A stretch of 64,000 nt of DNA from a virus (lineage: Duplodnaviria > Caudoviricetes), in IMG/VR virus record IMGVR_UViG_3300028048_000072, positions 1 through 64,000 of that record. One strand, given 5' to 3'. The translations under genes were made by a program, and so were the position numbers. Under the pieces are notes generated by a model. The model made no database searches. It saw nothing but the letters and a program-made list of their open reading frames with translations, and was not told the DNA's origin. Shown here piece by piece: positions 57,072 through 64,000 of this stretch. Numbering within the stretch: position 1 is the stretch's first letter; every line of letters starts with the position of its first letter.

Positions 57072-58031
57072 ATGAGATTAAAAATTTCACATATTGATTT
57101 GGATGGTTGCTCATCTGTAATCGATAGAGTTTTTGAGATACAATTTGATAAAGTGAATTTTACAAATTATGGTGATGAAAAAGAATTGATATATCTTGAT
57201 GAACTTGATGAAAATTCAGAAGTAGTTTATGTGGATTTTACACCGAATGAAGATGCACAAAAATTGATTGTAAAAAGTGGTGCAAAATGTCATATATATG
57301 ACCACCATGAATCAATGAAAGAAAGTATTGATAATTGGATGAAAGAATATTCCAAAGTGGAATATTTTTATGACAATGAAAGAAGTGGAACAAAAATTTA
57401 TTATGATTTCTTAAAAGAAAAATATCCTAAAAATGATGTTTTGGAACAGTATGTTGAACTTGTAAATACTTATGACCTTTTTAAAAAAGATTCTCCTTTA
57501 TGGAAAGATGCAGAAAATTTAAATAGAGTTTTCTTCAAAACACTTGCTTTTTATAAAGAAGGTGAAGAAAGATTTGAACCTTTTATTAAAAATCAAGTAT
57601 GGAAATGCGAGAATATGGATTTTTATAAATTTTCATCATGGGAAATGGATAAGATTACTAAAGACATTCAAGAAGAAAATGATATTTTTTCATCTATAAT
57701 TAATGGTGGAAAAGAAACCATGAAAACTAGAAAAGATGAAGATGGTAATTATTTTGTTGTAGTAAAACTAAAGAAAAAAGTATCTGCAATATGTTCTAAA
57801 CTTTTGGAAAAATATAAAGGTTTAAAATATGTAATTGCAATAAACACATATAACAATGATGATTGGAAAATATCGGTTAGAAGTAGAGATGATTTTGATT
57901 TGTTAAATTTTGAGCATTGTAAAGGTCATGCTACGGCTTGTGGAATTTCCAATGAAAAAATAAATGTGGATGAATATTCAAAAAATCTTTGGGAAGGAAA
58001 AGAATATTGTTTGAAAAGAAAAGTAGAATAA
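57072..58031 (+). CDS. DHH/DHHA1 phosphoesterase
   Basis: SHIDLDG, YVDF, YDHHES, SVRS, KGHATACG. Confidence 0.85.
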   Translation: MRLKISHIDLDGCSSVIDRVFEIQFDKVNFTNYGDEKELIYLDELDENSEVVYVDFTPNEDAQKLIVKSGAKCHIYDHHESMKESIDNWMKEYSKVEYFYDNERSGTKIYYDFLKEKYPKNDVLEQYVELVNTYDLFKKDSPLWKDAENLNRVFFKTLAFYKEGEERFEPFIKNQVWKCENMDFYKFSSWEMDKITKDIQEENDIFSSIINGGKETMKTRKDEDGNYFVVVKLKKKVSAICSKLLEKYKGLKYVIAINTYNNDDWKISVRSRDDFDLLNFEHCKGHATACGISNEKINVDEYSKNLWEGKEYCLKRKVE

Positions 58032-58078
58032 ATTAGGAAAATATTTGAAATTAGGAAAATAATTCACGAAACATTTTC

Positions 58079-58492
58079 CTAATTTCTTATATGATTCCAT
58101 AAATTATTAAAATTAGTATTAATATGTCTTTTATTAAATATATTTTCAAATTTTTCAGAAATTGATTCATGATGAATCAATTGTTTTTTTATTTCATCAC
58201 AATGTTTTTGTTTTAACTCTTTATCAGATGGAATTTCATTTGTTATTTCAAAACTAGAAATCTTTTTTGTATTATTATCAAAAACAAAAGGCATATATTT
58301 GTCTGTATAATATTGTAATTTTTCAACATCCATACATTTACATTTATCAATTAAAAGTTTTATTAATGTTTCTTTAGGAATAATCCTAGTATTTTCAAGA
58401 GAATTTATAGCATATTTGTAATAATTTTCTTTATATCCGTCTGCAAATATAAAACTTATAGATGCTATGGAAATATTATCTATATTTATCAT
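58079..58492 (-). CDS. Hypothetical protein
   Basis: 137-aa ORF filling the gap on the opposite strand. Confidence 0.5.
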   Translation of the reverse strand: MINIDNISIASISFIFADGYKENYYKYAINSLENTRIIPKETLIKLLIDKCKCMDVEKLQYYTDKYMPFVFDNNTKKISSFEITNEIPSDKELKQKHCDEIKKQLIHHESISEKFENIFNKRHINTNFNNLWNHIRN

Positions 58493-58542
58493 AATATTAA
58501 ATAGTTTATAATCTTCAACTATTTTAAAATAGGAGGAATTTT

Positions 58543-58995
58543 ATGACTAATATTGAAGATGTTATTCGTGAACAGAAAAAAGTCTTAGAAGCATTGTACA
58601 AAGCAAAAGAAGAAAAGAAAACTACAACTGATGAAGATATGCGACAAGATGTAATGACTTTTGTTACTCATGAAATGAACACTATTAAAAATCAAGATAG
58701 ATTAAGGGAAATCGTTGAAGCAGAAATTTCTCAAAAAGTATTGTTACATGAAATGGATACAAGTGAATTATTGGATACATATAAAACATTATCTGATGAA
58801 AAATCAAAGAATACTGATGTTTTGTTGTCTTTATTCAGACCATCAAATTCATCACCAAATTCATTAATGTTACCACCAACAAAAGAAGAAAAATCAACTA
58901 TAGATTTGACACCACAACAAAGACAAAGTTTGGAAAAATTATTTAATGTTATTGAATATTCAAACAAAAATAAAGGAGAAAACAATGAAATATAA
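58543..58995 (+). CDS. Helical late protein (weak candidate for terminase small subunit)
   Basis: AGGAGG RBS and CAACTAT upstream; function not supported by any clear motif. Confidence 0.4.
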   Translation: MTNIEDVIREQKKVLEALYKAKEEKKTTTDEDMRQDVMTFVTHEMNTIKNQDRLREIVEAEISQKVLLHEMDTSELLDTYKTLSDEKSKNTDVLLSLFRPSNSSPNSLMLPPTKEEKSTIDLTPQQRQSLEKLFNVIEYSNKNKGENNEI

Positions 58996-59227
58996 ATATG
59001 TCTGTAAAAATTGTGGAAATACTCAAATTTTAGATATTCCTATGGGAAATGATTTACCAAATAAAATTGCTTGTGTAAAGTGTGAAACTTTTATGTTTCA
59101 AGACTATAGCGATAAAATGAACGGATTAAGAATCGGATTGGATTTTCAAGCAACAAGCGAATTTAAACCTAAAAATTATAACATTGGTGGTAGTTCAGAT
59201 TTGGAATCTTATAGAGAAGATTTGTAA
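58985..59227 (+). CDS. FmdB-like zinc ribbon protein
   Basis: AAGGAG-ATG at 58985; YKYVCKNCG...ACVKC. Confidence 0.65.
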   Translation: MKYKYVCKNCGNTQILDIPMGNDLPNKIACVKCETFMFQDYSDKMNGLRIGLDFQATSEFKPKNYNIGGSSDLESYREDL

Positions 59228-59251
59228 CTATGTAAATTAGGAGTTTTAATT

Positions 59252-60751
59252 ATGAAAAAATTTCTTGAAGGTTGTGAAAAAGTTGGGAATTTATATCGTA
59301 TTAGAGAAACAATTTCTATTGGTGGTGATAAAGTAGAAAAACTCCCAATTAAAGAATCTAAAGTTATTGTAGAAGGAAAAGAATATAATGTTGGTAAATC
59401 TTATAGATTTAAGATTTGGGATTCAGACCCTACAGAAAAAGGATTTAATGCTAATGGTAGAAACTATTGCCATCTTGTTGAAAAAGCAAAGAATATGACT
59501 AATTTAGTAACATTATCTTTGGCAGACCATCCTGAAGATGGAAACGAATCTGTTACTAGATATTGTGGTGTAGAAAAAAACGTTAGACTTGATGATGATG
59601 GTTGGTTGAGTTATGAATTCATTCCTATTGGTGAATATGGAAGAAATATTTGTGAAATTATTGATAATGGTGGATATATTGAAATGTCAAGTTCTATATT
59701 AGGTGATTTGGATGATAATGGATATGTTATTGCAGAATCGGCAACTATCGAAAGGCTCGGAGATTGGGTAGTAAATTGTTCAAATCGTCTTTTACAATAT
59801 TCTAACAAAACAGAAGTTCATACCGATGAAGGAAATAATGAATTTATGTGTGATGAAGGTTGTAATTCAACTATTTATGATAATGAAGAAATAAAAGAAT
59901 CTGTAGTAAATAAGCGTGGAAATAACGCTACAGATTTAAATATTAAGGAGAAAAAAATGCCTGATAACGAATTATTAGAAGCATCTTTGAAAATGAATAT
60001 TAAATCTATTATTAAAGATGCGGATAAGGTTGAAAATCTTTATGAAAAGAAAGATTTGTTAGTGTCGGCTCATGACTACGCAGAAAAACTTACAGACAAA
60101 ACATTACTCAATGAAACATCTGATAAGATTGCGAAAGTTGATGAAGAATTAAAAACTTTAACTGAAAAAGGTCTTAAAACAGATGAACTTGAAGAAAATG
60201 TTAAAAATCTTGAAAAAGAAAATTTAATCATTGCAAAGGATTCTGCAAAACTTGAAGAAGAAAAGAATTCCATTAAGGAAAAATATGAAATTCTTTCTAA
60301 GATGTATGAAGAAAAACAATTCAAGGCATCTAAGATTGAATTGGAAAGAAATCATAACCTTTCTAAAGAAGTATGTTCTTTGAAGTTAAAGGCTCGTAAA
60401 CAAGAAAATACTATCCTTTCTCTTAAAAAAGAAAACAGACTTTTGAAAGAAAAAATGGATAAATTGTCTGCTATGTCTAATGGTAAAGTAGATGCAGAAA
60501 TTGTAAAAGATTTGAATGAACAGATTGAAGAATTGACAAATAAAAATGTTCGTCTTTCTGAAAGTCTTAAATCTTTGAGAAAAGAAAAACTCGAATCTGT
60601 AAATAGAACATCAAGATTTAGTAGATTTGAAGAAGCAAAAAATCGTTTACCAAAACGTGATTCTATTATGAAATCTTCAACAATCGTTGAAAATAAAGAA
60701 TTCGATGATGAAGATGCAAAAATGGAAAAAATGCTTAGTGGTAACATTTAA
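59252..60751 (+). CDS. Prohead protease fused to a coiled-coil scaffold
   Basis: NANGRNY, LADHPE, IGEYGR and EMSSSILG (gp21-like His/Ser motifs), then a long coiled coil; internal AAGGAG-ATG at 59957. Confidence 0.8.
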   Translation: MKKFLEGCEKVGNLYRIRETISIGGDKVEKLPIKESKVIVEGKEYNVGKSYRFKIWDSDPTEKGFNANGRNYCHLVEKAKNMTNLVTLSLADHPEDGNESVTRYCGVEKNVRLDDDGWLSYEFIPIGEYGRNICEIIDNGGYIEMSSSILGDLDDNGYVIAESATIERLGDWVVNCSNRLLQYSNKTEVHTDEGNNEFMCDEGCNSTIYDNEEIKESVVNKRGNNATDLNIKEKKMPDNELLEASLKMNIKSIIKDADKVENLYEKKDLLVSAHDYAEKLTDKTLLNETSDKIAKVDEELKTLTEKGLKTDELEENVKNLEKENLIIAKDSAKLEEEKNSIKEKYEILSKMYEEKQFKASKIELERNHNLSKEVCSLKLKARKQENTILSLKKENRLLKEKMDKLSAMSNGKVDAEIVKDLNEQIEELTNKNVRLSESLKSLRKEKLESVNRTSRFSRFEEAKNRLPKRDSIMKSSTIVENKEFDDEDAKMEKMLSGNI

Positions 60752-60777
60752 TAAAATATAAATAAGGAGAATAGATT

Positions 60778-61074
60778 ATGAAATTGGTAAAATTAACTAA
60801 CGGTGTTTCTTTTGGTACAAAACTTACAGTTACCGCTGATGATTTGGATAGCGATGGAAAATTAACAGTAAAATTCGTTGGTGCAAGCGAAAATGAACCA
60901 TCATATGATTTAGCAGTAGTTGTAAATGCTTTTAATGCTAGTAACGCACCTGTAACACTCACAACCGTTGAAGTAGCAAAATCAACAGTTACTATCGATG
61001 GTCTTTCTGCAACAGATGTTGTACATATCATTGCTCAAAGAAGTGCAGACGGTGAAGATGTTGTACTTGCTTAA
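60778..61074 (+). CDS. Small beta-rich structural protein (head decoration candidate)
   Basis: Follows the scaffold; strong RBS; Val/Thr/Ala-rich; terminator downstream. Confidence 0.5.
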   Translation: MKLVKLTNGVSFGTKLTVTADDLDSDGKLTVKFVGASENEPSYDLAVVVNAFNASNAPVTLTTVEVAKSTVTIDGLSATDVVHIIAQRSADGEDVVLA

Positions 61075-61161
61075 TTAAATAAGTATTTTTTTGAAAAACT
61101 CTATGTGAAAGCATAGAGTTTTTTTTTTATTTCTTCTAACTATTTTCTTAATGGAGAAATT

Positions 61162-61518
61162 ATGAATTTCATTTTAGATTATTATGGAACATTATTAGCA
61201 GACTGTTTGATAATTGCAATTGAAACAATTGGATTAGTAAAATTTTTAGATAATTTTATTTTTCCAAAAAGAGATTTATCTTTGCGTGAAAAATGTATGA
61301 TGGAATTATTAATTTGTATAGTATGTTCTATAAATAATTCTACTTATATGAACGAATGTATAGGTGATATTTGTAATTTATTCATGCTTGCTTTATCTTT
61401 AACTCAATTGGCATATGATTGTATAGTACATGGTATTCCTAAATTTTTAGAAAAAATGTTTTTAGGAAAAACAGATTTTGAAGAAAAAGAAATTCATGAA
61501 AATGTGGAAGGTAAATAA
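61162..61518 (+). CDS. Putative holin / small membrane protein
   Basis: Up to three hydrophobic segments and a charged C-terminus; TAACTAT upstream. Confidence 0.4.
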   Translation: MNFILDYYGTLLADCLIIAIETIGLVKFLDNFIFPKRDLSLREKCMMELLICIVCSINNSTYMNECIGDICNLFMLALSLTQLAYDCIVHGIPKFLEKMFLGKTDFEEKEIHENVEGK

Positions 61519-61520
61519 CT

Positions 61521-61916
61521 ATGGAAATAAATGGAACATCAAATGTAGTATATAAAGATTTTCCAATCTGTAAAAAACTCACAAATAACGGTGAATTAAA
61601 AATGTATGAAGATTCTGAAGCATTAGCACAAGCCGTTAAAATATGGTTGAGTGCAGATAAAGGAGAAAAAATAAGAAATTTAAGTGGTGGAATATTATCA
61701 CCATTTTTAGGTAAAATGATGGATGATGATGTTGCAAAAGATATGGAAGTTACAATTAGAGATGGTTTAACAAAAGATTTCAAACCAAATTTAACAATTG
61801 TATATCTTAAAGTAACACCAAATTATCAAAGAAACGTATGGATAATAGACATTGCGGGATTCAATGCAGATTTAGCAGTAGGTATCAATACTAACGTAAT
61901 TATTTCAAATTTATAA
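61521..61916 (+). CDS. Baseplate wedge protein gp25/gpW-like
   Basis: EALAQAVKIWLSADKGEKIRNLSGG...IRDGLTKDFKP. Confidence 0.8.
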   Translation: MEINGTSNVVYKDFPICKKLTNNGELKMYEDSEALAQAVKIWLSADKGEKIRNLSGGILSPFLGKMMDDDVAKDMEVTIRDGLTKDFKPNLTIVYLKVTPNYQRNVWIIDIAGFNADLAVGINTNVIISNL

Positions 61917-61965
61917 AAAAAATAATTTGATTGTTTTTTAATTTTTGTGTATATTTAATATATAC

Positions 61966-62040
61966 GATTCTTTAGTTCAGTTGGATTAGAACAATTGCCT
62001 TCTAAGCAATAGGTCGCAAGTTCGAATCTTGCAAGAATCA
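61966..62040 (+). tRNA. tRNA-Arg (anticodon TCT), CCA not encoded
   Basis: Acceptor stem GATTCTT/AAGAATC; D arm GTTC/GAAC; anticodon arm ATTGC-CTTCTAA-GCAAT; T arm GCAAG-TTCGAAT-CTTGC. Confidence 0.95.
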
Positions 62041-62095
62041 AAGTGCAATACATCGTTGATGTATAATTAAAAATTTTTTGGAGGATTTTATTTTT

Positions 62096-64000
62096 ATGAT
62101 AAATGAAATCGAATTTTCTGATAACGTCAGAAGTAAAATGCTCAATGGTATGGAAAAGGTTTCTAAAGTAGTAAGTGCTACACTCGGCCCGAAAGGAAGA
62201 TTGATTGCCGTTGAACAACAGTTGGGTTCACCTATTTTGTCAAAAGATGGTGTTTTTTGTGCAAAAGCCGTAGGTAAACTCAAAGACCCTTATGAAAATA
62301 TGGGTGCAAATCTTTTGAAAGAAGTTTCTTCTAAAACTAATGAAACTGATGGTGACGGCCCGCAACCTCTTTATGCAAAAGTTCTTACACCAAATGGATT
62401 TGTAAGAATTGATTCATTGAAAATTGGTGATGAAATTTGTAGAATTGATGGAACTACACAGAAAGTAATTGGTATTTTCCCTAAAGGAAAGAAAGAACTT
62501 TATAGGGTTCATTTTGACCACGGGGATTATGTTGAATGTTGTGCAGACCATTTGTGGACAGTAACAAATACAAATTCTTCATCTAAAAAATTGCAAACAT
62601 TAACTGTTTCTGAAATGATTGAAAAAGGAATTTATAGAAATAATAAAGAATATAAATCTAGTAAATTTTTTGTTCCAAACAATAAATCATTTTTTAATAC
62701 AAAAAATGTTGTACTTGACCCATTCTTAGTTGGTGTTTTGATTGGAGATGGTTGTTTTACAGAAAAACAAGATTATTGTGAAATTACTATCGGATACAAA
62801 AAAGAACAGAAAATTATTCCAAATTTGGTTTTGCCTGAAGGAATTTTCCTAAAGAGAAATGATTATCCTAAGCGAAACGCATGTAGATTTAAGTTTGAAG
62901 GTAAAACAAAAGATGGTAAAACAATGCTCGATTTGTTGAAAGATATTGGTTTGTTTGGATGTAATTCATTTACAAAACACATTCCTACAGATTATTTGAT
63001 TAATTCTTTTGAAAATCGTGAAAAATTGTTGAATGGTCTTATGGTTACAGACGGTTATCTTAATTATAAAAATCTATTTGAATATAGCACCGTAAGTAAA
63101 CAGTTGTGTGATGATATTGTTTTCTTGTTTAAGAGTTTGGGAATTGATGTTTATACACAATTAAAAGAAAGAAGTATTGAAAAAGGTGCTTTTTCTAATA
63201 CACCCGTTTATAGAATTTCTCAATTGAAAGGATATAAATATGGTAGACGAATTACTGCTATTGAAGATATGCACAAAGAAGAGGAAATGATGTGTATTAA
63301 AGTTAGTGGTGATGAAGAACTTTATATTACTGATAATTTTATCACTACTCATAATACTTCAACTTCTTGTGTACTCGCATTTGCAATGGCAAAAGAAGGA
63401 ATGAAAGCCGTTAGTGGTGGTGTACCACCTATTTCACTTAAACGTGGTATTGATAAAGCATGTGAAAAAGTTATTGAAGAAATTAAGAAAGTAACAAAAC
63501 CAATTGAAAGTAATGAAGATTTAATTCATATTGCTACAATTTCTGCAAACAATGATGAATCTATCGGTTCTATTATTGCCGAAGCCGTAGAAAAAGTTGG
63601 TAAAAACGGTGTAATTACTACGGGCGAATCTTCTACATCAGAAACAACAATTGAATTTATGGAAGGTATGCGATTTGATAGAGGTATGTTGTCACCATAC
63701 TTTACTACAAATAATACTAATGGACTTATTTGTGAATATAAAAATCCATATATTCTTGTTACTGATAAAAATATTACAAATATTAATGAAATTGCAGGTA
63801 TTCTACAAACTGTATCTCAAAGTGGTAGACCGTTGGCAATCGTTTGTGATGACATGTCTAATGAAGTTCTTACTGTTTTGGTAAAGAATAAACTTAATGG
63901 TGCATTGCCATCAGTAGTTGTAAAAGCACCTTATTTTGGTGAAGTAAAAAAAGCCTTTTTGGAAGATTTGGCTATTTTGGTCGGGGCAACATACTTTACA
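62096..64000 (+). CDS. groEL: GroEL-like chaperonin with an intein; runs off the right edge; not in the ORF track
   Basis: GGAGG-ATG at 62096; ATLGPKGR, SKDGV, DPYENMGA, GDG|TST, LKRGIDKA, IATISANND, EGMRFDRGMLSPYF, VVKAPYFG. Confidence 0.95.
   Translation, partial: MINEIEFSDNVRSKMLNGMEKVSKVVSATLGPKGRLIAVEQQLGSPILSKDGVFCAKAVGKLKDPYENMGANLLKEVSSKTNETDGDGPQPLYAKVLTPNGFVRIDSLKIGDEICRIDGTTQKVIGIFPKGKKELYRVHFDHGDYVECCADHLWTVTNTNSSSKKLQTLTVSEMIEKGIYRNNKEYKSSKFFVPNNKSFFNTKNVVLDPFLVGVLIGDGCFTEKQDYCEITIGYKKEQKIIPNLVLPEGIFLKRNDYPKRNACRFKFEGKTKDGKTMLDLLKDIGLFGCNSFTKHIPTDYLINSFENREKLLNGLMVTDGYLNYKNLFEYSTVSKQLCDDIVFLFKSLGIDVYTQLKERSIEKGAFSNTPVYRISQLKGYKYGRRITAIEDMHKEEEMMCIKVSGDEELYITDNFITTHNTSTSCVLAFAMAKEGMKAVSGGVPPISLKRGIDKACEKVIEEIKKVTKPIESNEDLIHIATISANNDESIGSIIAEAVEKVGKNGVITTGESSTSETTIEFMEGMRFDRGMLSPYFTTNNTNGLICEYKNPYILVTDKNITNINEIAGILQTVSQSGRPLAIVCDDMSNEVLTVLVKNKLNGALPSVVVKAPYFGEVKKAFLEDLAILVGATYFT
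62360..63355 (+). mobile_element. Intein (332 aa, Pro1, LAGLIDADG endonuclease), class-3-type, in groEL
   Basis: PQPLYAKVLTPNG...CADHLW...EMMCIKV...ITTHN|T; LAGLIDADG motifs GVLIGDG and GLMVTDG. Confidence 0.9.

Noticed and set aside
61162-61518. Host assignment from the holin-like gene, RBS style or base composition
   Set aside because: These signals only indicate an AT-rich host using SD-led translation and sigma70-type promoters; no specific taxon can be supported without database searches.
61516-61522. TAACTAT as promoter for the gp25-like gene
   Set aside because: The motif overlaps the start codon itself, so it cannot drive that start.
61955-63884. Short ORFs in the track (61955, 62038, 63161, 63651)
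   Set aside because: They overlap the tRNA and the long groEL reading frame that the track missed because it has no stop within the window.
1-64000. Stop-codon reassignment (alternative genetic code)
   Set aside because: Core genes are full length and densely packed under the standard code, and some end in TAG or TGA. The few breaks seen are frameshifts, not in-frame stops.

Overview
This is a 64-kb, very AT-rich segment of a large tailed phage with a contractile tail and T4-superfamily-like head and tail architecture. It uses the standard genetic code and strong AGGAG ribosome-binding sites; the host cannot be determined from the sequence. The left ~38 kb (mostly minus strand) holds the baseplate, tape measure, tail tube, major capsid, sheath, portal and neck genes. 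It also holds a putative late sigma factor with a Mor-like activator, a resolvase, a primase, a 5' nuclease and a beta-type clamp. The right ~26 kb (mostly plus strand) holds an intein-containing SF1 helicase, SSB, RecA, a cluster of small acidic genes, an adenine MTase, a clamp loader, a DHH phosphoesterase, a prohead protease-scaffold, a gp25-like gene, tRNA-Arg(UCU) and an intein-containing GroEL that runs off the window and is missing from the ORF track. Main observations: (1) Six free-standing genes, plus a relic of a seventh, share shuffled wHTH and 'KYG' repeat arrays fused to a PD-(D/E)xK nuclease. Their C-terminal slot holds a GNAT/Mom-like domain, a DNA MTase, or nothing, which suggests a self-protecting mobile nuclease-modifier system. 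(2) A class-3-type intein sits in the GDG|T ATP-binding motif of the phage chaperonin. (3) A TAACTAT late-promoter regulon includes small acidic genes and apparent polyproteins with (L/I/M)-x-E linkers, suggesting protease-processed head cargo. (4) A solo TnpB element has a non-canonical RuvC-II motif. All calls come from motif reading and synteny; no database search was run.
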